Shown in pieces: positions 22,601 through 34,025 of a DNA stretch of 64,000 nucleotides. Positions within the stretch are counted from its first letter, which is position 1. Each line of letters starts with the position of its first letter. This stretch comes from Macrostomum lignano (Eukaryota), in contig NIVC01000029.1 of assembly GCA_002269645.1 (NCBI GenBank), forward strand, positions 1,302,001-1,366,000. Direction: 5' to 3'. The position numbers were made by a program, and so were the translations under genes. The notes below the pieces were generated by a model. It was not told the DNA's origin. It made no database searches and was given only the letters and a program-made list of their open reading frames with translations.

Positions 22601-25600
22601 TAAACGGGATTTTGTTTTTTTGTTCGAGTTCTCAAATATCACATTTCCTTTTGCCACGTCACTCTTCAATACTCACCGTTTCTTTGATTTAATTTCGTTC
22701 ACAGATCAGCAAAAGAAGTCAGCCGCTGTAGGTGTCACTGAAGTGCCAGTAGATGATGCCCCAGACGTTGGTAAATCAAAGTTTTCACATTTTATCAAAA
22801 TTTTCCTCTTGCGCTTTCGCAAGTATATTCTTTGAGAATGATAACTCTGCGTACTTATACTCTATTCTTTTTCAGAAGATTCTCGAAACACCCAATCGAC
22901 TTTGGTTCGCAAAGGTTAGTAAATTACGAACGAATATTTATACGCTATTATTTAGCAAAATTTGGTAGGGGGTTGTAGCCTTAGTGGTTAGAGCGTCGGA
23001 CTCACTGCTGAAAGGTCTGTGGTTCGATTCCTGATCCCATTCGAACAATTTGTGTCCTTGAGCAAGAAAATTGCTTCAGTTCACCCAGCTGTAAAATGGG
23101 TGCCAGCATTAGCTGGGGTAATTGAGGGTTTGTGGCGACCCCCCAGTCCTTGGACTGAACAGCCGTACGCAGCCTTCAGTTGCGCCGCGCAATAGCTGCG
23201 GCTGAGCTGTCGGTTGCACATCTGCCTATTGGGGCACGTGTAGTCATTATTATCATTTACCAACAGCTAGAAATTCAGGTCATACAAAACACAATTGACT
23301 AGCATATTGATACTTCTTACTTCTTTTAGAAGAGAAGCGAAGGCGCGTTTCTGGAAGCGATCGCGGTTCCTCAGGCGAAGACTCTGGTATGAGCGCTGTA
23401 TTTAATATCGAAGTTATTAAATCGAATGTAAACAATTTTTTTACACTGCTTCTTTTCAGATGCCGACTTAAAAAAGAAAGGTCACATTCAGACCAGGATT
23501 TCAAGCTTTTCAGAGGAGTCGGATTCTGGTACGCTCTAATTACTGTCTAGACAAGTTGTTTTGTATATTGCTGATAAGAGTCGCTGGCAAGTTGGTCTTT
23601 TAAAACTACGCCGACGGATGATGACGCTACACAATGTCCTTATACGTAATTAAAAAGTACCTCATTTGCCAGTGAACGTCGATAAACATCGGAAACATCG
23701 ACTTGACGTTATCGGGGGCCGTAGCCCAGCGGTAGCGCAGATGCTCTGGTGTGCCAGCGACCCAGGATCGATTCCAAGTGCAGTCACATTAATTTGGGGC
23801 TGAATTGGAATCTCGGCTTGGCTCTGCTCGTGCAATTAATGGCCTTGAGAGCCAACCCCCCAAGGCGCAGTGAAGTGTACATGCCTAACGATAATATAAA
23901 GTTAGGGCCGCTGTACACTCCTGTGTGAATGTGTGCTTGCGTACGTATCCGCGCGCTTGTATGCCTGCTCAGGGGAGTCGGCGGAATGGGCAGCAATGCC
24001 TCTCGCCGGTTGTGTGCCTATGTCGCTTAAAGTGCGCCAGGGTGCACACAACCCCCTGTTTCCCAATTAAAAAAACATCGACTTGACGTTGACGACGTCC
24101 AATTGCTGTACGGATGAATAAAAAGATTGTTTACTCTAATTCGCTCCACAAAAATGCAGGCTCGGAGGATGAACGTGACCAAGAGCCGGCTACGCTACAA
24201 ATACGGCCTTCCAGCGACGAGGAAGATGAAAGCGAGGAAGAGGAGAATCAGCGATGGAAGGAAATGGAGGCTTCGCGTAAGCGCGAAGAGGAAGACCGTA
24301 AGCGCGAAGAGGAAGACCGTAAGCGCGAAGAGGAGGCTGCTGCTGCTGCTCAAAGGCGAGAAGAGGAGCGCCGGCAAGAGGAAGAGGAAAAGCAGAGGAA
24401 GCAGCAACAGATTCTGGAAGATCAGCTGGACCGTATGCGTCAAGAGCAGCAGGCAATTAAGGAGAAAGGTAAGTTAAAGTTCGAAACTTTGGCCCATACG
24501 AGCAAATGAAAGCAAGAAAATCCCACAAATTCGGCTGAAAAGAATTTGTCTACCATTTTTGTCTGCAATTATTAGGCCTATGCGACTACAAAATACGTTT
24601 TGTGACGGATTCGACGGAGGACGCTGGCACTCACGCTACAGTGTCTATCGTTCTGTGCGGTGAACAAGGTGACTCAGACGTCAGGACGTTTAAAAATGAG
24701 CAAGGCAGAAAGTTTCAGAGTGGCAGGTAATACGAAATACTTGTATTTTTTGGTTTTACCTTACCCTTATTTGTAAAAGCATATTATTAATCTTGAAAAT
24801 TTTCAGTACTTCCGAGTTCTCCATCAGCATTCCCGACCTGGGTGCCATCAATAAAATACGAATTTTTACCGACGTGCAGTATGAGCAAGACAGATGGCTG
24901 CTCTCACGGGTGAGACAACTTGGGAGAGAGTGATGATTTTCGTGTCTGTGTCAATGGTTTTATTAGCGTATGCTTGTCAGTGTGGCCTATTTTCCAATAA
25001 GCATTTTCATTATTTCACTCCTTCACTCCTTCATCCCGTCATTAGATCATCAGCTGTCAGATTAGTACCATATTTACAGGTTGAAGCTCGTGTTAAGATT
25101 ATATTAGTGCCCATAACCTGCATCAAATCTCAATCTTACCAGGTGGAGGTTGAAGATCAACAGCGCGGGGTGACGCGCAGCTTTCCCTGCGGCAAGTGGT
25201 TCACCAGGGACTGCGATAGTCACATTCTGCTGGCCCCGCCAACCGACGATGAAGTGTCCCAGCATGAAGAGTCGCGACCTTCGTCCGCTCGTCAGGCGGT
25301 GCCGACGCTGGCTGCACCACCCACCGCTGCCACCACAACTACCACTGGAGCGACCACCACCTCCACGGGCGATGCAGGATCCTTTGGAAAGCCATCGACA
25401 GCGGCTAGCGGCACATCCGCCACCGCTCAATCGTCGGATACAGCCAGCACTGACGAATCGGAGCAGAGCGATGACGTCAGCAGTACGGCGGAGGAATCCA
25501 GCGAAGCTGACAGCGACTCGTCCGACAGCGAGTCCGACACAGAAACAGCCGGGGAAGATGATGAGGCTGCCGAGTCTGTGCCCAGACAGAACCGAATGCG

Positions 25601-28600
25601 TAGCGGATCTGTTCAACCGGACGACATTCAGCCTCCGGAGACTCGGGTTGGAAAAGTGCGCGATCTGTTCAACGATAATGGGGTCTCTGTATACGATACA
25701 AAGCTATCGGATGAACAGGTGAGCCGCGATTATCAGATAAATCCGTGTTTTGTACCTGTTTTTTGAAAAATCCATGAAAGAAAACCTAGTCTAGCGTATC
25801 ATTGCAAATGAACTTACAGTGCTTAGTTTAAATTGTATTTTTTCAAGTTCTATAGTCTTGTTCACTACTTTTTTTCATTAAAAGTCAACTACTGCACCAT
25901 TTACTCGGTCAGTCAATGCTAGACGGCCACTTCCAAATAAGTGCTTGACTGTCTACATCCGTACAGTGTACACAAGTGTATAGTACTCACAGTAGTGACC
26001 TATGGAAAGCGTAGACTAGCTAACAAAAACTTCGCCACACATTTTATAAACGACATTCCGCAGACGGTGAGTTGACACTTCTCAGTGGAGTCTTCACTGC
26101 ATGCACTCTGTTCATTTTCAAGTTTCACTGCCGTTCAAGTGAAGCCTATATATTTACATCTTGATCTGAACGTTAGCATGCTTTTTCTTAGACTTTCCAT
26201 AGATTATTCACATTGTTTTACTTATCTTTTTGTCTTGAAACGATGTACTGATGTCAAACTGTCAAAGCTTTACTCTGTTGACGTGAGCCACTAAAAACGG
26301 AATCAATTATTCCTTTTTGCGGCCCAGTTGGCACTGCAAGCTTTCAACTTAATCATAGACACGGAAATCAGGCTTGCGGGACTAAAATTTTTCTGTCTAT
26401 GGTCGACACTCGCTGGCATAGCGGATTTCAATTTGGTCCTGGGGGCATCAATTTGATCATTCTATGTTTTCAATGCACATTTTCACTGTCATCGTAACTT
26501 GTTTTTAGCTTGTCTTTTACATCATATGATCCTCGGACAGACTATGATGGCATCCAGGTTCCAGAAGTTCATCAATGATCTGGTGCAAAGCGTGCATTGC
26601 CGCCATACTCACCGTTCCTCAATCCTGTGGAGAACGCGCACGCCTGCCTGAAGGCAGCCAAAAGCCAACTGGCTCAACCACAACTGCAAGAAGAGCTGGA
26701 CACTCCGCCTGATGGTCATTCGCTACGAGAGTGGCGAATCCTTGTCCTACAGAGCTGGTTGCAGGGGAAGCGAAGTTTGTTTCAACACCGGATATCTAAC
26801 GTTATATGATTAGAATGATCCAATTGATGCCCCCAGGATTGGGTTGAACTCCGCTATGCCAGCGAGTGTCGACCATAGACAGAAACATTTCAGTCTCGCA
26901 AGCCTGATTTCCGTGTCTATGATTAAGTTGAAAGCTTGCAGTACCAACTAGGCCGCAAAAAGGAATATTAGATCGGAGCTTTCTCGAGTACAAATTTGAG
27001 ACGAATTAACCGGTTGAGCCGAAGGCATTGCAGAATATTACACAAATGTTTTATTGCACATCTAGAACCATTTTTTCTCGTTTAAAAATCTTGCATACAT
27101 ATATTTATATATTTTTTTTAGTATTTTTTATTTTACTTTATTATGAATTTAATGCTTTAAAAACGATTTATTCGTTTTTATGCTTGTGTTTTTTTAGTTT
27201 GTTTATAATCCAAAGTACGATTAAGAAGTAAGTAACTAGGTTAACATATTTAAGTTCATGACGTACTCATATTCTGGAAAAGTTCTATGTACATGTTTAC
27301 AAGTTAAAGACGATTATTCGCTGTAATAATTCGAGTATATTTTACACTTAGATCTTAGTTAAATGCAAATTCTGTGGTCTCGCAGGATATTGAGAATACT
27401 CAAACTACCCGACTATTACCCGCAGTTCGAACTCTTTCTCAAAGAGCTCAATCAACGCGAGAAAGCCGAGAAAATGGAGTCGGTTTCTGTGCGCAACTGC
27501 CAGCTGACGGACAGTCAGGCTATCCGAATGCTCGAGGCTCTTGCAGCCTATGATAAATTGAACTACCTGAACTTGACATGCAACTCCATCAGCTCACGAA
27601 CTGCGTCCGTCATCGCCGAGCGCCTGTCCGGTTGGCCTCAGCTTTCTAATCTCAACTTGCACAGCGTGGCCATCGGGGACGACGGCATCTACGCACTTGT
27701 CAAAGGATTGAGAAACAGATTTCGAACCAACTCGTCAACTATCGATACGGTGAGTAGCGAAATAATAATGTGCAGATACATGCAAACAAGCACGGTCCTA
27801 TTGTCTTTTCAAGACATCTAAGAAAGCTCTTAAACCGCAGCGTTTCTTAGAAAATGTTAAGGAGGCTGGTTTTCGCGGAAAAATACACTACGGAGAGAGA
27901 AAGTTTTCATTTTTCAGCACAAAAATTGTTATTGCTTTTGATACGAGCGTAGGAGGCAGACCCAATGGTCATCTTTTGATATGCTGTGCCTTCCTTATGG
28001 CTTCCTTATGGAACCAAAGATTCGAGCTGTGCCATGCATTTTTATGATTTTAACGCACAGGAAATGTACTGAGAATAAAAAAATTTAGTCAGAATCCTAA
28101 CTTTCCAAAAGAAAGGCTTCATGAATATCAATAGAGCCATAAGAAAGGCACAACATATCAAAATATGAACAATGGGTCTGCCTCCTATCGAAAGCAATAA
28201 CAGTTTTAATATGAAAAACATGAAAGCTTCCTATCTCCGTAGTGTATTTTTCCGCGAAAACCAGCCTCCTTAACATTTTCGAAGAAACGAGGTTTCGCGT
28301 CCTTCTGCTTGACGTTTACCCGACGTTATAATGTCGTTGTCCGCTACCCTGATGACCAGGTACTTGCCTACTGTCATTGCAGATTGACCTGGGAAACACC
28401 GGCATGACAGACCAAGGCCTTCAACAGGTGGCCGGTCTACTGGCCGAGAATCCACCACTGGCCGGACTTGAACTCACCGGCAGTCGGGGCCTGTCCGAAT
28501 CTGCGTGGGCCAATTTGGGCAAATCGCTGCGAGGCAACACAAAACTCGAATCCATGATGCTGGACTATTGCGACCTGACCGACTCGAGCTTGGCTGCTCT

Positions 28601-28796
28601 GCTAGACGGTCTGGGCTCGAATCTGAGCCTAATTAGCATCGACCTAGAGGGCAACCGGCTGTCGGACCGAGCCTGCGACCTCATCGCTGACAGTGCCGTC
28701 CGAAATGGCCTGAGAAGCGTCAGCTTAGAGATGAACGGCGGCATCAGCGACCGGCGCAAGGAGGCGCTTGAGGTGCAACTGTCTGAGAAGAATTGA
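9506..28796 (+). CDS. ERICH3/DUF4590 - 4x PLAT - ER/K helix - LRR multidomain protein (~1871 aa). Exons: 9506-9525, 10675-10768, 10857-11054, 11670-11927?, 12239-12379, 12528-13152, 13283-13469, 13601-13695, 13988-14347?, 15209-15364, 15992-16048, 17312-17597, 18741-18874, 19096-19324, 19423-19556, 20114-20378, 21360-21537, 21635-21725, 22705-22770, 22876-22914, 23330-23386, 23460-23528, 24160-24468, 24576-24726, 24807-24909, 25143-25718, 27426-27749, 28383-28796
   Basis: All 27 introns are GT-AG, phases are consistent, and the exons sum to 5616 nt (1872 codons). Exons 4 and 9 have weak acceptors. A single transcript is inferred from phase continuity, not from RNA data. Confidence 0.75.
11160..11435 (-). 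mobile_element. SINE family A, 5'-truncated copy
   Basis: Reverse complement of the body and tail of 23711-24072. Confidence 0.8.
16783..17135 (+). mobile_element. Older, diverged relative of SINE family A
   Basis: Colinear patches (GGGCCAACGCCCAAG, AGTGTACAT, AGGGCCGATGTACAC, GCGCGCTTGTG, AATGCCTC, TGCGCCGGGGTGC) resemble family A; B-box-like GATTCGATTC. Confidence 0.55.
17312..21537 (+). CDS. Three tandem PLAT/LH2 domains (part of the large gene)
   Basis: Y.V.I.T....GSGT.A..FI.L.G...S....L......FERG..D.F.V....LG.L..I and W.PE.I.V....W.F...RWI motifs are repeated three times. Confidence 0.88.
17677..17765. repeat. Imperfect ~85-bp palindrome (CATGCCTTTT...GGGCCTGAGGCCC...AAAAGGCATG)
   Basis: Arms are directly visible. 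The Crypton-like appearance is from recollection only. Confidence 0.7.
17970..18399. mobile_element. Foldback MITE with perfect 153-bp inverted arms (17970-18122 / 18247-18399), a 124-bp spacer and TA at both ends
   Basis: The reverse-complement match was checked by eye along the whole arm. Confidence 0.85.
19798..19836 (-). ncRNA. Identical minimal hammerhead ribozyme on the opposite strand
   Basis: Exact reverse complement of 19864-19902. Confidence 0.85.
19864..19902 (+). ncRNA. Minimal type I hammerhead ribozyme (predicted cleavage after GUC, C19898)
   Basis: UGCC-CUGAAGA-U-GUCC(GCUUU)GGAC-GAAA-CGCGUC-GGCA: core boxes, 4-bp stem II, 4-bp stem I and palindromic ACGCGU stem III, as in PLE-associated minimal hammerheads. 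Confidence 0.85.
20437..20703 (+). mobile_element. tRNA-derived SINE family B with a CORE-like central domain
   Basis: A box TAGCCTGGTGG, B box GGTTCGTATC; GTGTCCTTGAGCAAGACACTTAACTC...CTGTAAAATGGG resembles the CORE-SINE consensus; second copy at 22968-23260. Confidence 0.85.
20704..21118. repeat. 21-bp minisatellite (TGTCTCTTAGATTGGCGCCAC), ~20 copies, directly at the SINE tail
   Basis: Directly visible. Confidence 0.95.
22968..23260 (+). mobile_element. SINE family B (CORE-like), second copy
   Basis: A box TAGCCTTAGTGG, B box GGTTCGATTCC; body nearly identical to 20437-20703. Confidence 0.87.
23711..24072 (+). mobile_element. Full-length tRNA-derived SINE family A with an 18-bp TSD
   Basis: A box TAGCCCAGCGG, B box GGATCGATTCC, A-rich end; perfect TSD AAACATCGACTTGACGTT at 23693-23710 and 24073-24090. 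Confidence 0.92.
24576..25240 (+). CDS. Fourth PLAT domain, split over three exons (part of the large gene)
   Basis: DYKIRFVTDSTEDAGTHATVSIVLCGEQGDS...FQSG / STSEFSISIPDLGAINKIRI...WLLSR / VEVED...FPCGKWF. Confidence 0.8.
26310..26965. mobile_element. Non-autonomous IS630/Tc1/mariner element with ~155-bp TIRs, TA TSD and a transposase remnant
   Basis: Inverted arms 26308-26464 / 26811-26967 bounded by TA; internal LPPYSPFLNPVENAHACLK (26597 onward) is the C-terminal DDE motif of this superfamily. Confidence 0.85.
27426..28796 (+). CDS. Ribonuclease-inhibitor-type LRR domain, LRRC73-like (C-terminus of the large gene)
   Basis: Repeats with ~28-aa spacing: SVSVRNCQLTD, YLNLTCNSIS, NLNLHSVAIGD, TIDLGNTGMTD, MMLDYCDLTD, SIDLEGNRLSD. 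LDY and DLEG placement recalls LRRC73. Confidence 0.8.
27841..28289. mobile_element. MITE with ~150-bp imperfect TIRs; TTAA followed by GG suggests Kolobok-like
   Basis: GAAAATGTTAAGGAGGCTGGTTTTCGCGGAAAAATACACTACGGAGA and its exact reverse complement at 28234-28280. Superfamily assignment is inference. Confidence 0.75.
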
Positions 28797-30193
28797 AACT
28801 ATGGAACTGGGCAATTATTGATATGTACAAGACAATTCGAAGACAAATTAATCCAACTTATTTGTTTCTGTAAGTATGATTATTTAGTCTAGTTTTCTTT
28901 TTTATTTGACCCTGTTTTAATTAGAATGTTTTCTGGGTTTATTTTAACAAATATTGGTCAGATTTAAAATGGGATGGAAGCGGTCGATGCGTGTATAAAT
29001 TTTAACACGTAAGCGTAATGAGCGTAATTAACTGAGATTTGGGTGTTTTGAATTAGTAAAAGCCCTTGATTTCACTTGAATATTTGCAAACAAAAAATTA
29101 TTCTTATTGGCAAATTTATACGAAAAAATACTACACAGAGGCCTTAAGTAAGCAGTAGTATCATTATTTATTTATTGGCCTGTTCATTTTGAGGCCAATG
29201 GAAGTGGCTTTAAGTTCGCTGAAGTTCCTGCGTTTAAATTGCTCTTCCTCAAACTGAGAGCACTGCAGTTCTCGAATATTTTTTCTCCTATCATTTCCAA
29301 TTTTTTCTAAAGGGTTTTCTGGATTTTCCCGTTAACCAACTCGCTAGTTAAGAAGCTATACTTTTGCAGACGATCAATACTTATTGACTTTTTTAGTGAA
29401 GAATGGTATCGACTAAAACCACTGAACTTGTTTCGTCTGAAAATCTTTAACATTTTCTATATTTATAAAATACTCGTTCATGTTTATTTCTGCTTTGATG
29501 TGTATGGCCCTCCGTGTAGACATCCTTCTTGTGGCGTGTCTTAATCAATTAATTATTCTATATTTATTTGCCATTTTATTGGTCTGAAGAACCACCTATA
29601 AGTAAAAACTTTTTTATCTTATTACCAGACCGACCGAAATATGGCAAAACAGAACTTACTCCCGGCTCTGGTCCTGACTTTATTTTGTTCACTTCTGGCG
29701 ATTATTTTTCACAAAAAAAGATATTCAATATACCGTGATAATCGCACAAATTTAATACTGTGCCATGCATGCATATTAACAAACAGTTACAGAATAACAA
29801 AAATATACTGACACAAAAATCTACGCCCAAGCAGGCTGATGTCTTTTATAATCTTCTTGGCTGGTTAAAAAGGAAACAATTTTCTTTTCATATTTTTAAG
29901 AGGCACAGTGTGCGTCTGCAAAATCGTTGTTTTTTATCTACGAGCGTATTGAGCTTAAGACTTGTTAATTTCTGCTTTTTGAACCTATAGGTTGTGACAC
30001 ATCAACTTTAATTTTGGCATCCTGAATTCGGACCAAGCTCATTTTTTTCATTCAAATTATCAATAATTTAATCAATTTTGAGATTCTTGGGTTTTTTAGA
30101 GCTATAACACAATTATCAACTTTGAGTAGTCTGTCAACAACAATTTCTGCAGTTCAGAGAGACTCAGCAGTGTAAAGGGTAAAGGGTACACAT

Positions 30194-31775
30194 CAGGGGG
30201 GTCGCCATGGATTTTATGGTGGGGGACAAAGCCAAGAATTTTACATGTACATATGTACAGGAAGAAATTCTTACATATCCTTTATTTTCAGAATCCCGCA
30301 GGCAGTCATTTTAGCACCGGAGGCACTCATTTTAGCGCCGCAGGTACTCATTTTAGCGCCGCAGGTACTCATTTTAGCGCCGGAGGCACTCATCTTAGCG
30401 CCGGAGGTACTCATTTTAGCGCCGCAGGTACTCATTTTAGCGCCGCAGGCACTCATTTTAGCGCCGGAGGTACTCATTTTAGCGCCGCAGGTACTCATTT
30501 TAGTGCCGCAGGCACTCATTTTAGCGCCACAGGGCACTCATTTTAGCGCCGCAGGCACTCATTTTAGCACCGCAGGTACTCATTTTAGCGCCACAGGGCA
30601 CTCATTTTAGCACCGCAGGCACTCATTTTAGCGCCACAGGGCACTCATTTTAGCGCCGCAGGCACTCATTTTAGCACCGCAGGCACTCATTTTAGCGCCG
30701 CAGGCACTCATTTTAGCACCGCAGGTACTCATTTTAGCGCCACAGGGCACTCATTTTAGCGCCGCAGGCACTCATTTTAGCGCTGCAGGCACTCATTTTA
30801 GCGCCGCAGGCACTCATTTTAGCGCCGCAGGTACTCATTTTAGCGCCGCAGGCAGTCATTTTAGCACCGCAGGCACTCATTTTAGCGCCACAGGAACTCA
30901 TTTTAGAGCTGCAGGCACTCATTTTAGAGCTGCAGGCACTCATTTTAGCGCCGCAGGCACTCATTTTAGCGCTGCAGGCACTCATTTTAGCGCCGCAGGC
31001 ACTCATTTTAGCGCCGCAGGTACTCATTTTAGCGCCGCAGGCAGTCATTTTAGCACCGCAGGCACTCATTTTAGCGCCACAGGAACTCATTTTAGAGCTG
31101 CAGGCACTCATTTTAGAGCTGCAGGCACTCATTTTAGCGCCGCAGGCAGTCATTTTAGCACCGCAGGCACTCATTTTAGCACCGCAGGCACTCATTTTAG
31201 CGCCACAGGAACTCATTTTAGAGCTGCAGGCACTCATTTTAGCGCCGCAGGCACTCATTTTAGCGCCGCAGGTACTCATTTTAGCGCCGCAGGCAGTCAT
31301 TTTAGCACCGCAGGCACTCATTTTAGCGCCACAGGAACTCATTTTAGAGCTGCAGGCACTCATTTTAGAGCTGCAGGCACTCATTTTAGCGCCACAGGAA
31401 CTCATTTTAGAGCTGCAGGCACTCATTTTAGAGCTGCAGGCACTCATTTTAGCGCCGCAGGCACTCATTTTAGCGCCGCAGGCACTCATTTTAGCACCGC
31501 AGGCACTCATTTTAGCACCGCAGGCACTCATTTTAGCACCGCAGGCACTCATTTTAGCGCCACAGGAACTCATTTTAGAGCTGCAGGCACTCATTTTAGC
31601 GCCACAGGGCACTCATTTTAGTGCTGTATTTTGTTGCCCTGAAGCAAAATTATTGAATTCTTGACTTTATTCACGAGGTGAGGCGGGGGGGGGGGGGGGC
31701 AAAGCATCGTAAAATCCCCTCCTAGATTTTACTGGGGGGTGGACATGCCCCCCTCCCCCGGTGGCGACGCCCCTG
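30194..31775. mobile_element. hAT-like MITE carrying a 1.3-kb internal satellite
   Basis: TIRs CAGGGGGGTCGCC / GGCGACGCCCCTG (12/13); flanks GTACACAT / GTAGAGAT (6/8, degenerate 8-bp TSD). Confidence 0.65.
30297..31620. repeat. 21-bp minisatellite (GCAGGCACTCATTTTAGCGCC), ~63 copies
   Basis: Directly visible. Confidence 0.97.
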
Positions 31776-32494
31776 GTAGAGATGTTAGTAGCTTATTTGA
31801 TTTTAAATCTCTCCATCTGTTAAATATTTGTGTGTTTGCACCAAGAATGCTAACAAGCCCCAGATGATTGACTCGCCTTAAATAAAGAAAGTGCATATTG
31901 CCCTTATTACGAAAATTACTATCCTCTAATATACTAGATAGGCATCGCCCCAATGCAGCTGAGTACACTACAACCAGTTAATAATAATACATCACCATGG
32001 AGCAGTTGATGAGTAAACACACAATCCTTGACTATATGGTCTTCTACAAATAGTGCTCTTCAATCATCCCTTGACTTCCCATTCTCTCCCAGCTTTTTCG
32101 TCCGCTTACGCCTGCGGCCTGTCAAGTCCAATAAGCCAACTATAAATAGCAACCAAAATCACGGACAGACTGTGAGAGGTCGAAAAAATGCTTGGGAATT
32201 ATTTTACATTTGCCTTATATAAACACAGTTAGGCGGAACTGCCGAAGTTCCGCTCAGATTCTTGGCACAATTGTTGGAGATCGGCAGGTCTCTATAGCGA
32301 GAATTATGCCCAATATCTGTTTCTAAATATAGAATATTTTAGTGCTTGAGTATAGACTGAATTGATTCAGCGCCTCTACGGTATATTGATGATTTGAAAA
32401 GAGTATAATATAAAGCTTGATTAAGGAAGCTTATGACATTATGATTTACATTCAAAAGGAAAAAACATCTTTTGCACATTTTATATATTTTACC

Positions 32495-34025
32495 CTCAGA
32501 TCTACCTCGCTGTATCTAATCTACCTCTCTCCCTCTGATCTACCTCTCTCCCACTGATCTACCTCTCTCTGATCTACCTCTCTCCCTCTGATCTACCTCT
32601 CTCCCACTGATCTACCTCTCTCCCACTGATCTACCTCTCTCCCACTGATCTACCTCTCTCCCTCTGATCTACCTCTGATCTACCTCTCTCCCACTGATCT
32701 ACCTCTCTCCCTCTGATCTACCTCTCTCCCACTGATCTACCTCTTTCCTACTGATCTACCTCTTTCCTCTGATCTACTTCTCTCTGATCTACCTCTCTCC
32801 CTCTGATCTACCTCTCTCCCTCTGATCTACCTCTCTCCCACTGATCCACCTCTCTCCCACTGATCTACCTCTCTGCCTCTCTGATCTACCTCTCTCCCTC
32901 TGATCTACCTCTCTCCCACTGATCTACCTCTCTCCCTCTGATCTACCTCTCTGCCTCTCTGATTTACCTCTCTCCCTCTGATCTACCTTTCTTCCTCTGA
33001 TCTACCTCTCTCCCACTGATCTACCTCTCTGTCTCCCTGATCTACCTCTCTGCCTCTCTGATTTACCTCTCTCCCACTGATCTACCTCTCTGTCTCCCTG
33101 ATCTACCTCTCTCCCACTGATCTACCTCTCTGTCTCTCTGATCTACCTATCTGTCTCTCTGATCTATCTCTCTCCCACTGATCTACCTCCCTCCCTCTGA
33201 TCTACCTCTCTCCCACTGATCTACCTCTCTGTCTCCCTGATCTACCTCTCTCCCACTGGCCTACCTCTCTGTCTCTCTGATCTACCTCTCTCCCACTGAT
33301 CTACCTCTGTCCCACTGATCTACCTCTCTCCCTCTGATCTACCTCTCTGCCTCTCTGATTTACCTCTCTCCCTCTGATCTACCTCTCTCCCTCTGATCTA
33401 CCCCTCTCCCACTGATCTACCTCTCTGTCTCCCTGATCTACCTCTCTCCCACTGATCTACCTCTCTGTCTCTCTGATCTACCTCTCTCCCACTGATCTAC
33501 CTCTCTCCCACTGATCTACCTCTGTCCCACTGATCTACCTCTCTGTCTCCCTTATCTACCTCTCCCACTGATCTACCTCTCTGTCTCCCTGATCTACCTC
33601 TCTCCCACTGATCTACCTCTCTCCCTCTGATCTACCTCTCTGCCTCTCTGATTTACCTCTCTCCCTCTGATCTACCTCTCTCCCTCTGATCTACCTCTCT
33701 CCCACTGATCTACCTCTCTGTCTCCCTGATCTACCTCTCTCCCACTGATCTACCTCTGTCCCACTGATCTACCTCTCTCCCTCTGATCTACCTCTCTCCC
33801 ACTGATCTACCTCTCTCTCTCTGATCTACCTCTCTGCCTCTCTGATTTACCTCTCTCCCTCTGATCTACCTCTCTCCCACTGATCTACCTCTCTCTCTCT
33901 GATCTACCTCTCTGCCTCTCTGATTTACCTCTCTCCCTCTGATCTACCTCTCTCCCACTGATCTACCTCTCTGTCTCCCTGATCTACCTCTCTCCCACTG
34001 ATCTACCCTCTAATCTACCTCTCTT
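32495..34025. repeat. Pyrimidine-rich 19-21-bp minisatellite (CTGATCTACCTCTCTCCCW)
   Basis: Directly visible. Confidence 0.96.

Noticed and set aside
20437-23790. tRNA genes at 20437, 22968 and 23714
   Set aside because: A and B boxes are present, but they continue into shared SINE bodies and lack a complete cloverleaf.
29150-30050. Possible small AT-rich minus-strand exons, and a 32-aa signal-peptide-like plus-strand ORF at 29641
   Set aside because: No consistent in-frame gene model or recognisable domain.
30245-31612. CGAKMSA/ILAPQVL ORFs
   Set aside because: Translations of the 21-bp satellite; likewise the ORFs at 5678-6284, 20695-21172 and 38544-39255.
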